Assembly (NCBI GenBank): GCA_048128005.1
Contig: JBEUKZ010000019.1
Location: forward strand, 620,001-684,000
Origin: Veleropilina oligotropha
Taxonomy: Eukaryota
DNA length: 64,000 bases
Reading direction: 5' to 3'
Made by a program: the position numbers and the translations under genes. This document shows positions 27,999 through 41,824 of the stretch, one piece after another. The notes below the pieces were generated by a model, which did no database searches, had not been told where the DNA came from, and saw only the letters and a list, made by a program, of their open reading frames with translations. Position 1 is the stretch's first letter, and each line of letters opens with the position of its first letter.

Positions 27999-29248
27999 CA
28001 GGCCTGCACAAATTGAATTTTTGCGCAACCCGTTTATGTGTTACGCCAAATAGTAGTTGCGTAACCCATTTTATTTGGGTAACCCTTTTTTATGCGAAAC
28101 TTCTTCAATTCATTAATAATACTTTAGGCAGTGTTAAATTGGTTCCTTGTTTCTTGTCCCATGATTCTGGTAAACCAACGCGGTCAACACAACACAACAG
28201 CCATTTACCACACAGCATTTTGTTCTAGAATATTCTGACCATGGGCCTTAAGTACGTGCATAGTTACAACGAATACCCTATATTTCCTATTTCTTTATGG
28301 CAGATGAATGATTAACTTCTGTTTAGTGACCACATCAACAAATTTCAGCAATAAAACATCATCTTTGAATGAATTGTAATGAAGATGCCAGAGATTGTTA
28401 GTTTTAACTTGGAACTATGAGTCATTTGTTTCATTAATAGTGGTGTCATTTATAAACCTGGCACAGAGAGACAGTGTTCCAAAAACAAATGTATTTCATA
28501 TTGATTCAATTACAATTAAAACAGATGACTGCAAGGAGGCATTCAACGAAGAACAGTGGTAACAGGTGAACACAGAACAGAATATAAATTTACATTATCA
28601 CATGACAAAGCTGTTATGGAACGGTAGTAGCCATTCCATAAATTTCGATATAAAAAACACGTCCCATAAGTATGCAAATGAGGGAGAGCATGACGGCCGA
28701 TCATCGCATCTGGTGCCAAGTTGATTAGGCGGCGCATCGCCCTCATTAACATAATGAATAATTCATACGTGTTGACTCGTCGATTGCTGACGTTGAACTA
28801 TTTTTTATTGGCGTACTGGCGTGGCGCGTGCTTTCGAGGCATGATGCGTCTGAGGCAATGGCAATTTATGGCTGAAAGTACTGACAGAAATTAGTTTTAA
28901 AACGTAAAGAAATGTGTTTAAAAACGCAATAAAATAAGTTTAAAGGTAAATAAAGTCATGTGATGAAGAAGATATGAAACTTGTGTCCATTTCATATGAG
29001 ACTAATGAAACTCGTCAGCAAATTTATGTACCTCGCCAAGGCTCGGTACATAAATTGTGCCCGACTCATTTCATAATTATCATATGGAATGGACACTCGT
29101 TCGATATCCTCTATATATTATTAATCTATAAGTATGTAAAACTTGGGGCTGAAATCTACAGACAGCGATCTTTTGGATCACCTGAATACTGTCTGCGAGC
29201 TTCAGGCGAGCTGAACGATCGATCGTTTGCGCAATTTGTGCAGGCCTG
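27999..29248. mobile_element. Non-autonomous TIR element with 5-bp TSD (hAT5-like)
   Basis: Perfect 17-bp TIR caggcctgcacaaattg / caatttgtgcaggcctg; CTATG on both flanks. Confidence 0.88.
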
Positions 29249-32200
29249 CTATGGTTTCATATATAATGATAGTTATTGTGCACTATCCGTAGTTCCTTGC
29301 ATTTATACCTTGTGGCATGTGAGATCTTGGTAGATTATGTCTGTGACGGCAAAACATGTGCAATTAGTGATTGTATTGGGCATTGTGTACATTTGTATTA
29401 TATACGCTTGAAAAGAATTGCATCAATCTTGGCATTATGCGTGCATTATATATTACACTCTCAGTAGGCTAGTTAATGACATGGTGTAGATGACATCCTA
29501 GTCGTTGCGACATTTGTCTGCTGAATGATGCGGTGTGCCATTGTTTTCTTGTAGGATAGAAGCATGTCTTTCATTCCCTTTTATTTTTGATTATACTGCA
29601 ACGAAATGAACTAATTGATTTTTGGGTGCTGTCTTGTGCCATGGTAATGTATATATTAGTAATCGTTGCGATTATATCAATTTGTACATGTCTGAAATAC
29701 GTCAAGGTCAGAGTAAACACTAGCCGATTGGCTTTGCAGTTCGACATACGATCTATGTATCTTATAAACATTTGAAATAAATACATATAGATGGTCTGTA
29801 AAGCCTGTTATCATTCTGAATTTTGCACCACTGAAATAATCGCTGAAACATTTTAGTACTAGAAAGCACTTCGACAGCTGCGATATCAGTCTAACAAGGC
29901 TGTACTGCCATCAATTTCAGATCACCACAAAATCTATAGCCAACCAACCCGTTCATATAAATTTCATCAAGACCGGTCAATAACGCTTTTAGGAATCCTA
30001 CTTATTAAGAAGTAACATTAATTAAATGCCGCAAAAACCTAACTTCCTTGACGGAGATCATATTCAATTTTCACGTATTCATCAAGTTTCAGAGAATTTG
30101 GTATTCGGAATACGATATTCGTTTGATCAACACGGTAGTGACTATTCCTACAGTATCGGATGTCTTATCTGACTATGTAGCATAATTGTACATAGGTTTC
30201 TTTATGTTGCCAGTAACTCATTGTTAACTATTTAATTTGGTGCGTACATATGAATGTTATTCTATATGTAATACTGTATCATATTTGTTAATCATCCGTG
30301 ATGCTTCTTTGTGTATATTGTTTGCGATGCAGTTCTTTTCTGCATGCGCATTTCATTGGGTGACTGTCATCACTGCCTATGTTACGGCAAGGTTTGTGAA
30401 GCACGACGTGTGCTCTTGTATCGGCATATATTCCTAGTTGCTGGTAATCTACGGATTAAAGCGCTGCATCGTCTGAGTTCTCAAAAGAACCATCTTGGGT
30501 TCCCGCTCGTCATGTTATCGGTGCAACTATGGAAGAACGATCGATATTGATTTTTATACTAAGAAATGTATTATTTTTGTACATTTCTTAATTGTTTGTT
30601 TTTGTTATTTTTACATTGATGACAGTGTTCATTGGATATTTGTTCAAAACAAATGCACATGTGATGCGTAGCAGCAATATATGAGCTAGCAGTGCAAAAT
30701 GTCGATTATGAGCTGGTCCAGAATAACCTGCAGCGGGCTAGCCAGGAACATTGTCAAATGGATAGAGTCGTTGCTTCAATGCTGTCAAAACGGAATGCAC
30801 GCAAACGTCTATCTTACGTAATTCAAAATGCTGCTATCGCTGGTGATTCACTGTGTTTTGATGCTCCACACAGTTTCAGCTTACGTTGAGTTGGATCAGA
30901 AAAGGAGCGAACCACTTCCCATATTTGGATGTGTTGTGTTTCTATGATGAAACAATGCAAATTGTGGATGTGTAATGACGCGTGTACTGCAGTTCAATAT
31001 CACCAGACAAAATCAGAGTCATCGATGTTGGGTGTTACGTCACTGGTCAGGCGCTATTATGACCAGGAGAGCGGATAATGGAGTTAATCGCAAAGGCGAT
31101 GATGAAACATTTAAGATTAAACAACTGTTACTTTGTAAACTTAAACAAGAACTCTCCTCGGATGAAATTCCCATGGATAGAGAAGTAAAATAAAGAAGAT
31201 CAAACCACACGACTATAAAGAATGTAACAAAAGTGGAAGTGTATGGTAGCGACTCTTTATTATTTTAAGTGATATGTTTCTGAAATATTTCGAGAATATA
31301 AAGGACAAGACTACACGGATATTGTATCTACTATAAACAAGAATGCCACGGGCTGAAGTAAAACGTGCTACTGAAGTAAAATGTTTAATTGTGTTAACTA
31401 GAGTTAACCTGTCCTACACTTGAGGACTTTTGTCACTAACGTTAAGTTGTTTGACGTGAGATAGTTAGTTGATTATGCTGTGGTTCTATAGACAAACTAT
31501 TAGTCGCATTTTAAGACAATGCCGAATTAAAATAACTTGTTTGAAGTTCATTTTCAAGGAGTTAGAGATCCTTTATGGGTCTGAGTTTCGTACGAAGAGT
31601 TGGTTTATGATATGTAACGTAATTTGTATGAGAATTTCACTTATGAGATGGTATCCAACATTGTTAGGCAGTCTATATGAGATGTTTGTAAAAGAAAAAG
31701 TTCAGAGATTCAATTATTTGGCGGCAAGATAATGTCTCCGTTGTTTGCCAACGCCGAATGAGGGTCAGTCCGGAAGGAACCCTCTGATTTTTTGTGGCTA
31801 TAAAGTCATTTGATCTTTGTTCTTTAACAAAAAAGATTGCATATTAGTAAATATAATGTATTCATTTATACTTAGTGTGTTTAAAAGCTATATAAACATT
31901 AATCGTAAAATAATATAAAGCTTATTGGTGTCTCATGTCTACGTCTCCTGCATTCAAGTACTACAATGATAATTTACTCATTTTATTGTAACCCTTCATT
32001 TTGGAGAGCACTAAACAATTTTGAAGTAATTTGTTGTTCATGACAAGATGAACTAAAAGAAGGTATAGTCCAGAACGTCTTTTCCAATTTAGCTCCATGA
32101 AAAGAATGCATCTGAAACTGTTTGACCGAACATTTTATGCTACTGTGGTCCTGATACTGCAATTTAAGTTTCTTTTGACCCTCTAAGAGAACCAACAGTA

Positions 32201-32337
32201 AAATGTCTTTCATTCTACGGTCACGGCCGCACCATTGTGCTGTTTTCTCAACATGTGGTTCAAATCCTCTGCTCCACATGTGTGGAGTTAAAAGGCACAG
32301 CGGTTCAAGTGACCTAGCTGGCTTTTCCTCCACTGTA

Positions 32338-33379
32338 ACATGTCCTGGTATGATCCGGAACATGTCCTGGTATGATCCGGAACATGTCCTGGTATGATCC
32401 GGAACATGTCCTGGTATGTTCCCGAACATGTCCTGGTATGATCCGGAACATGTCCTGGTGTGATCCGGAACATGTCCTGGTATGATCCGGAACATGTCCT
32501 GGTATGATCCGGAACATGTCCTGGTATGATCCGGAACATGTCCTGGTATGTTCCCGAACATGTCCTGGTATGATCCGGAACATGTCCTGGTGTGATCCGG
32601 AACATGTCCTGGTATGATCCGGAACATGTCCGGGTATGATCCGGAACATGTCCTGGTGTGATCCGGAACATGTCCTGGTGCGATCCGGAACATGTCCCGG
32701 TGCGATCCGGAACATGTCCCGGTATGATCCGGAACATGTCCCGGTGTGATCCGGAACATGTCCCGGTGTGATCCGGAACATGTCCTATGTTCCGGTGTGA
32801 TCCGGAACATGTCCTGGTATGATCCGGAACATGTCCTGGTATGATCCGGAACATGTCCTGGTGTGACCCGGAACATGTCCTGGTATGATCCGGAACATGT
32901 CCTGGTGCGACCCGGAACATGTCCTGGTATGATCCGGAACATGTCCTGGTGTGATCCGGAACATGTCCTGGTGTGATCCGGAACATGTCCTGGTGTGATC
33001 CGGAACATGTCCTGGTGTGATCCGGAACATGTCCTGGTGTGATCCGGAACATGTCCTGGTGTGATCCGAAACATGTCCTGGTGTGATCCGGAACATGTCC
33101 TGGTGTGATCCGGAACATGTCCTGATGTGATCTGGAACATGTCCTGGTGTGATCCGGAACATGTCCTGGTGTGATCCGGGACATGTCCTGGTGTGATCCG
33201 GAACATGTCCTGGTGTGATCCGGAACATGTCCTGGTGTGATCCGGAACATGTCCTGGTGTGATCCGGAACATGTCCTGGTGTGATCCGGGACATGTCCTG
33301 GTGTGATCCGGAACATGTCCTGGTGTGATCCGGAACATGTCCTGGTGTGATCCGGAACATGTCCTGGTGTGATCCGGAA
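32338..33379. repeat. 22-bp minisatellite, ~47 copies
   Basis: Unit aacatgtcctggt(a/g)tgatccgg. Confidence 0.95.
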
Positions 33380-36300
33380 GGATGTTAAATGAGACATTAA
33401 GCACTGATCGCTGAAATTAAGCGACATCGATCCCAATCAGTTCTTGGATTGGTGACGTGCAACCTTCATCTACTGAATAATTACGACCACTAACACGCGA
33501 GCATCGGTACAAGTCACGCGAGCATCGGTACTCGTATGTATTTGGTTGTGTCAAATTGAATTGTTGAACTTGACTGCAATTGATTGTAGACCTTAGTCAT
33601 ATTTCGTTTATATATATAACTCTCACTGAAATCACTTTTTGGGGATTTAAATTTATGGTTACAATATAATTATGTAAGATTATAATCAGATAAATATGTA
33701 AGTTTTAAATTCATTTTATTAAATTCTTTTTTGGTATTTTCTCTGACATTTAATATTTATATTTATCACATTTTTGGTTGTCTTCAACATTGAAGAGTTC
33801 AAACCATTCGTGAAAAAGTTAACATTTGAAATGAAGTAAAAATCGTAATAAAGTTCACTAAAATGTTTGTCGAAATTTTTCTGCTTTTATCAACTAATTT
33901 TTCCAGCATTTTTGCCCAATGGCGATTCACAGAATTTGTGTCTGTAGAAGTGCTTTTTTGACATGTTTGTTGTTCTGTAAAAATGTCAGTGAAATAATTG
34001 AAGTAAGTTGCTTTAATGCTTTTTGTCTCCAAGTGAGAAATATTTAATAACATTATTAAATGTATGCTTATATAAATAGGGTTTATAATGTATAACTATG
34101 ACAATTGTAGAAGTTGAAAGGTTTTCTCTTCAAGGTAATGCTAATGCATACGTAATGGTGGACCCTCTGGTAAAATGGTACATTTGTAAGCCTTATGGCT
34201 CCAGTGCTAGCTTCATTTAATTTGGATGTGTGGAGGTGGTCTAGTGGTTAAAACGCTGACTTCATGCATGGTCAAGCGCTCTGAATGAATTCATGAGCGA
34301 TGGGGATTCATTATTAAAAAAACATGAAATTCTTTGTTCTTCCTAAAGATAAGCTGATGAATTCCATTGAACAAGGCAATAATAAGTTGAAAGGCCATCA
34401 CAGATCAAAAACTAAACTGTAATTCAATATATGTCTATTAAACAAAAACGGCCGTTAGTTTTAAACACAAAAGAATATTAAATTACCTTTATCAACCGGC
34501 ATCGGAGTGAATACGAGTGTCGGCCATCAATTCACTTAGATAGCAAGTGCCTTTTAAATCATTGATTCCTATTTTCGAGCAACCAATTTTAGCCATTCTT
34601 AAACACCATATCTCCTTTATTATTCAAGAAAACTCCAGTAAATTTTCAGTGAAGCAACTTCGGGTAGTTATCTGAGGACCGATGGCAGGAATTGGCATTT
34701 ATTCTTCTAGTAAGTGTTCATTTTATGGTATGACTATAATTTGTATAAAAAAATTTTAAGAATTGAAAACTGCGAGAAAAACAATTGAAGTCGTCGAGAA
34801 AAAATCTTTTCCCCTCAGGACATTGATATACATATCAGGTAAAATTCATGACTCTGCCATGTGAGACAGCTGAGATATCCTGCATGACAGTTGGGTCAAG
34901 ATGAATGTTTGGTGGCCATTTTAGATACCTAATTAGCATAATTTATGCAAAAATAAACAATAATGCAAAAAATTTAGTCCAATTTTTAACATCTGCTTGG
35001 TACTTAAGGTTTTTGTCTAGCTTAATAGTGTAAAAAATGGATTTAAGACTTGCTACCTTAATTGCTCTGTCTACATCCTGTTGAGGTCGAATCATCCGCT
35101 GGACTCTGTTCAATTGGTAGCCACAGATGTCCGTAACTGGCTGGTTGAGGTGGGTTTCCTCGACCTACCTGGCGTCCCTCCCAGGACATGACCCTAAAAA
35201 GGGCCCATTAAGCATTAATCTAAACTTGACTATCTGCTATAAATGCAAGGTAAATTCAACTCCCGTCTTCAGATGTTCATCTTAACAAGGGCATGAAATT
35301 CAAGCCATATCAATCAATACAATTTACCAGAGGGAATTTTTTAAGAGTTATGGTGTCTATATAATATTTCATCTTGTATCTTTTAGTAAACAGTTTGCTA
35401 AAAATTCTAGCTAAATGTGTATTGGAGCTTTTTATAGTTAGTCAGAAATATTCATATTTGTAGCAATTATATGGTTATATAAGCAAATTGTTGAGCTTTT
35501 GTTGAAAGTGCTAATCTTGTGGGAGTTGTTCAGTGTAGCACACATTTTCAATGCCACTGCAACGCATATAAAAGATTGTGTGAATGTCAAACATTGCAAT
35601 GTGCCTGCCATGTTTTTCGTTGTACATGTATTGTCAAGTCTAAAGCGTTGGTCTACAAAGAAAAAATAATAGTTCCATTTCCAGAAGTATAAAGAGTTTT
35701 CTGATGAACATATGGCATCAATTTGTTTCATTATTAAAAAAATTTGAGCTGTTGTCGCCCGAAAAATAAAAATTGTTGTTAATGTCGACGTTAAACAGCA
35801 TTTCCTGCATGCTGCTAGTGTATTGTAGGTTTGCATTGATACATGTAATGAAGATTTATCTTATATTTTCTTTTCAAATGGTTTTACATGTACTTTTGAC
35901 ATGCAAGTAATCATGTTGAATCTGAAGCCATATTGTGTGTGCAGGCATTTGACCAGTGTTTTATTGTACATCGAGTGGCAGATTTTATATTTCATTTTCA
36001 GATTAAAAATGACGAAATTCATAATAAGCAATAAAATAATTTGATAATTAATCGTCAAGTTATGCCACCTACATAGGATCAGTTATTTTTCATCTTCGTT
36101 CGTCAATGGAAAATTGAAAACGCAAGTGTGGGTTCAAGACCTGTTAAGGACATTTCCGAGCTAGCGGTTACCGGGTAGTCCATAAGACTGGGTGGGTGGG
36201 GTTCTTCAGACCAATGACAGCTTTCCTACTACAATGATATGCACAAGTCCCGTTATGACTCTGCAGATTAAGTGGACAGTAAACCACAATGTAACAAAAT

Positions 36301-37604
36301 TGGACCACCCCAGTGGCAGAGTAGGTTGGTCCAAATTCACTCGTGCTGCTTGGGTTCAAATCCTTGGCTCGTCAGCTTTGTGGCGTTTAATCACGGTGGT
36401 CCATATTAAATGGGTTAATGTGAATCGAGAAGGATGTTAAATTGGACTTTAACCACCGAACAAAAGCAAAGATGGCAATTAAACAAGATCCGGTGGCGTC
36501 GAAATGGTGTCTACACTGAACAAGGCTCATTCCTGTGAGGTTTCTCAATGATATTATAATTACATGTTTTGATGACGTTATTGTGATGCACATTGCCTAA
36601 TATTGTCCTTTTCTTGTGTACTATTTTCAATTCAGTATTTCCATAATCTATCCTAGCACGCAGCATTGTCTCACCAGGCTTTGCAATGGTAAATTGTTTG
36701 AGAAATCGTATTATTGGAACAGATGATAAAAACCCGAAGTTAAGTTTGCTCACCAGATTTTTCTTAAGTCTATTGCAAAAGTTTAAATTTTCTGTGGGCT
36801 GATCAGCAAAATGTACGAATACTTGAAAAATAAATCAAGAATACAATTTAAAGTACTTGGGAAAAATTTGGGATGGGTGGGTGTCTTGTTAGCTACAAAA
36901 GAATATTTATTTTCCTGACCAACATTTTAAAGATATTTTAATTATTTAATTTCGATAAAAAATTCCATTATTAGGGTGAAAAATTATATTTTAAAGCTTG
37001 TATTATTGCAATTCATCGGACACTTAATTGGGACTGGATGCAGTTTCCAGTTGGAATTATCTCCCTTCGTGTCCTCGAGCTGGTGGTTTACGAGGCAGGG
37101 GTTATCTCCCTTCATGTCCTTGAGCTGGTTTACGAGGCAGGGGTTATCTCCCTATAGGTCTGTGTGAGTCAGTACTGCGTGTAATGTTACTGACCTGGTT
37201 CTACGAAGGCTAGCCCAGATGAGGAACTCACTCTGGTATATGGACTGTATGTTTTGGAATAAATGTTGTTTGTGGATATTTGTTGTTTTATGACGTTCGA
37301 CCGGCAAAGAGGATTTGCAATTGCTATGATATTTGTCATTGTTTTGTTTTGTATTTTAAAATTTAGACAAGGTACGAAATACTCGCAAATTTGCATGCAA
37401 AATCTGTTTTTGGTATTAAAATAAGTCAACATTACTTGTAGCATCACAGCCATAGAGCTGGTTTATTATGTTGCTTTGGAATTTGCGAGTTTCGAACTTT
37501 GTCTAACTGAAAAAGGCTTGGTGGTTATGAAAATCAAGATAACAACAAAACCAATGACTCCAGTCCATCGGCTTCGACATAATCGCATCAAACAGTTCTA
37601 GTTG

Positions 37605-37789
37605 CAGGCCCGGCAGAAGCAAAAAATTATTGGTATGACCAATCCATAGGTCAACGGTCCGCGTGGGGTGGGGCCCCACGCGGATGGAAAATTTTAGTGC
37701 TTTATACTGTGAAACGGCCTCTCCTGCGTTCTGAGGCAAAATTATTGGTACGACCAAGCGTAATGGTCGTACCGCTTCCGCCGGCCCTG
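37605..37789. mobile_element. 185-bp MITE with 5-bp TSD (hAT5-like)
   Basis: TIR caggcccggcagaagc / gcttccgccggccctg (14/16 match); AGTTG on both flanks. Confidence 0.85.
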
Positions 37790-37965
37790 AGTTGATCACC
37801 GATCTTGAGCAATATGAAGTCTGATCAGTGTTTGGTGAGTGACCATGCCGGAAATCGTCTAAGTGCTGTAGGTAAAACCAGCCGTTAAACCAGAGTCTTG
37901 CTACAAAGCAACCGAAATATTTTTTAAATGTGATGGTAAAAATATCACATTCAAAACACAATGAT

Positions 37966-38520
37966 TTTTAGCTTGACTATTCTAAAATAGTACGAGCTAT
38001 ATTGCAGTCACCCTGTCGTCGGCGTCAAACTTCAGGTTAACATTTTGCATGAAGGGTCTTTTCTCACAAATTTTTCAAACTACAACTTTCAAACTTCATA
38101 CACTTGTTCAATGTCATTATGCGACCTTACATATTAGGCGTAATAACTCTGGCTTCGTTGTTTTACCAAATTATTCCCCTTTTTCGACTTAGACAAGTCA
38201 GGTTAATGTTTTGCATGAAGGGCCTTTTCTCACAAAGTCAACTTCAGGTTAACATTTTGCATGAAGGGCCTTTTCTCAGTGTTCACACTACAGCCTTGAA
38301 ACTTCATACGCTTGTTACATCATTATGCGAACTTGCAATACAAGGGCCATAACTCTAGCTTCATTTTTACCAAATTATTTCCATTTTTCGACTTAGATAA
38401 TTCAGGTTAATGTTTTGCATGAAGGGCCTTTTCTCACAAACTGTTCACACTACAGCCTTGCAAGTTCATCGATCTAGCTTTTGATAGTCGAGCATGCTGT
38501 CCTTCTGACAGCTCTTGTTG
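37966..38520 (+). mobile_element. HINE-like element with internal tandem units
   Basis: tttttagcttgactatt..atagtacgagcta hairpin, gtcgtcggcgtc, repeated caggttaa..ttttgcatgaaggg units, ends gctcttgtt. Confidence 0.65.
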
Positions 38521-40213
38521 TTCTTAATGTGACCTATCGACAGTGAATTTGATAAAATTTGCTTCTGATGACTGTCGACATAAGATTAGCAATGACAATG
38601 TATGCAGGACCGGAACAAGTACTTCACCGCTCAGCTCTTAACGCTAGTATATTTATTCCAAAATGTCTTCTCAATAAGAATTTTATTTCACGTCTCCTTT
38701 TCTTGTCCGCGCTGTGTATTTGAAACTTTTTTCTCGAATTCTTCCCACGATGATGTAGATGGTCATGTAACCCGTCATCGGACATTCAAGATGGCCACCA
38801 TTTTGAAAATCTTGTTACCGTCACTTCATCAGAATATTGATCATATTGACACTGGAACATCACAGATGTAATGGGCAACATGATCAAGCTTGATCCTATG
38901 TTAAAATTGTGATTGGCAGATTAATGATATTAACTCGTTGGCGTCGGGTAGAGCAATTTAATGCTGCCCAATTCACATCGAGTCGTACTGAAGACGCAGC
39001 ATGCAGGCAAAGAGAATGGTTGCCATTTTGAAATTCTTATGACCGTTACTCGTCCAGATGTGTACTGCTAAGTCGCATCGACATTGGAAAACCACTGAGG
39101 CAATTAGCATGAATTCCACACGGTCTTCAATGAAAATCGTGAATGCCAAAAAACCAAACTAACCACCAAAGGAAAATCGTTAAGTATAGGTTAGATGGCA
39201 GATTGTAGGATCTTATCAAAATAGAAGTTGAGCCCGTAGGGCATGACTACTTTTTGATAAGGGTCTACAAGCTGTCGTCTAACGGACTTGGAAGCTAATT
39301 TCATTTCTCCACAAAAAATTTATTATGTCACATTTGACAAACTTTAGTTTATCGAAACGTATATACCGAATAAAATAAGAAACTTCTGCTAAGTTTGCTT
39401 GAACATAGTTGGATGAAAACAAATCGGGGGAATCGTTATATATGCATTCAAAAAGTGTTCCATGATGCATCGTTTTGTGCAAAAATTATGACCATAGGTT
39501 AACAGAAAATGCGAGAAATTTTGACCAAAGTGAGGTATGGGTTAAAACCAAAAATAACACTTAATAAACGGGTATGGCCACCTCTTGAATTGACCACTGC
39601 ATCGCCAGCACATAGAATTGACTAAAGTGTTGATTTCTGCCTGTGGAATATTGTTCCGTCCCTGAACGAGTGCTTGACGAAGTTCGTGGGTGGGTTTGCA
39701 CGACGCCTCTCTCATCTGCCCAGACGTGCTCGATCGGGGCCAGTCATCAACGTTATTTGCTCGAAGGAAATTTACAGTGTCACTAGCTGTACGAGATGTG
39801 GCATTATCATGCTGAAAAATCGTGATGTTGGCATTGTTATGGAACAAAGGAATGACGCGATGGGTGATAATGTCATCGTGGTAACGTTGAGCATTTAATT
39901 AAATTGCCATCAATGACGACTAGTGGTGAATGATAACCATGGGCCAGAACCTCCACCCCTGAAACTATCTCGTTCAAGAACACAACAGTCAGCATGGCGT
40001 TCATTTCTCCTGCGGTAGACGCGCATCACCACATTGTAAAGAAAATCTGGATTCGTCCAAAAAAGAACGGTATTCCAACGTGGTGGTGTCCGAGTGTTTA
40101 CACGATGACGTAGCGTTAAAATGCATTCGACGTAAGGACGTCGTGCGTGTAAAGCGTTCTCCCGCAGACGATTAAGAACAGTTTGAACACTGATTCGGTT
40201 ATTATGAAGCCCA

Positions 40214-40502
40214 GGCCCCGCTTGCATAAAGATACTTAAGTTGAGATTTTCCTCAAGTCTGAGATTTCATGACGTCACGTTCTAAATGGCTTGCGTAAAA
40301 CTTCTTATAGGAAATATATGCATTATTTCCTGAAATATTTGTTGCAGGAAGCTACCTAGCAGTCTGAAATATGTAAGGAAATAATGCAATATTTCCTAGG
40401 ATACTTAGCGTAAGAAGTTTTATGCAAGCCATTTTGAACGTGACGTCATGAAATCGGACTTGAGGAAAATATCAACTTAAGTATCTTTATGCAAGCAGGG
40501 CC
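40214..40502. mobile_element. Foldback MITE (~100-bp arms) at a CCWGG site, Harbinger-like
   Basis: ggccccgcttgcataaagatacttaagttg... / ...caacttaagtatctttatgcaagcagggcc; the empty site gcccaggtgtg is seen in Tc1 copy 1 (~9771). Confidence 0.8.
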
Positions 40503-40767
40503 TGGTGTGTTAGCAGCAGTAGCAGTGGCAGTTTGGAATCGTTTGCGCAAATGCGTGCTGATGATATAGCGGTCTTGACCATGCGGACGTACACCACGGT
40601 GCATCCTGTCGTTCAAAATCAATTATCGTGCGCAAAGATTTCGTATTGCTTGACTAGAACTCCCAACATACCGTCGACATGCCTGCATCAAGCATGCCAA
40701 TCGCACGTTCGCATAAATTATTGCTTATTCTTGGCATATTAAAAATGCTACAATGTAGAAAATGTTA

Positions 40768-41824
40768 TTTTGGGCTCGCAAGCAACGCAAATGCGAGTCT
40801 ATGTAATGAGCATGTCGTCCGACCGGCGTCAACAATTGGTTCTGTTAAAGTTTTTGGTCAAAGTTTCTCAATCATGCTATATAAGCAACAATATGCATGT
40901 TTTAACATTAACAACTGTTATATATCACTATTTCATTGTTACCTGACCCTAAATAAATAATATTGAAGGTAATTTAATTAAAATTTTTGGTTCAAGTTTC
41001 TCAAGCATGCTATATGTCCAATAATAGGCATATTTTTGCATCATTCTTTGTCAGATATCACTATTTCATTGTCATGCCCCACAAACGAAGTTTAGGCAGG
41101 GAATATACGAACCGGCTTGTATGTCGGTCTGTTGCAAATTCTCGTCCACTCCATATCTTTGATACAATTTCGCCTAGGGACACTAAACACTATGCATCAT
41201 AACCCCAAGGTGTGTTGTGTAACGAAAGTAGGTCCCTGCGAACTACTTTTCACAAGACCCACAATTTCCTTCCGCTCCATGTCTCCGATACTATTTTGCC
41301 TAGGGGCAAGAAACTGTGTGTTTGCATCATAACCCAAAGGTGCGTCTCGTACTAAAAGTAGGTTACCGCGAGCTACTTTTCACACCACCGCACTTGGTCC
41401 AAAATCCATACTATTTGACCGAGGGACACGAAACTTGATGTGTCTATGCGTCATAACCCAAAGGCGAGTCCCTTTCCGAAGTTGGGTCACTGCAACCTAC
41501 TTTTCATGCTTGACCGCATTTGGTCCAAAATACCCTGCGCTCCATATCTCCCGTACTATTTGACCTAGGGACACAAATTTTTCTGTGTGGACACGTCATA
41601 ACACAAAGGTATGTCGCATACTGAAAGTAGGTCACCGCGACCTACTTGTCACGCATATGATCGCTCCTGTGATAACTCTAGTTTAATTTCATTTAATTGA
41701 AATTTACCTATAAATTACTATTTTTGGACTTAGAAATTAGGAAATTTTGCTATAATACTCATGAAATATAAGTGATTGATGCGCATTTTCACGCATGCGA
41801 GCCATTTTGAGCTTTTGCTCTTGT
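40768..41824 (+). mobile_element. HINE-like element with a second nested HINE-like element (~41073-41683)
   Basis: Same two families as at 12830-13820 (gcaaatgcgagtctatgtaatgagcatgtcgtc; gccccacaaacgaa). Confidence 0.65.

Noticed and set aside
30176..31965. Solo LTR bounded by TGTAG...CTACA
   Set aside because: The flanks (gacta / atgat) do not form a TSD, and no second copy, PBS or PPT is visible.
14329..33379. CRISPR arrays at the three regular short-period repeats
   Set aside because: Units are contiguous with no unique spacers, there are no cas genes, and the context is eukaryotic.
31983..33436. Long minus-strand ORFs (473 and 382 aa) as a protein-coding gene
   Set aside because: They arise from the stop-free 22-bp repeat; all three frames give the same peptide and the flanking parts show no recognisable domain.
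34207..34270. tRNA gene (tggtctagtggttaaaacgctgact)
   Set aside because: Only an A-box/D-arm-like half is present, with no T-arm or acceptor stem; probably a SINE head remnant.
37040..37250. Possible exon of a third gene, preceded by a ~42-bp duplication
   Set aside because: AG/GT candidates exist, but there is no recognisable peptide or partner exon.
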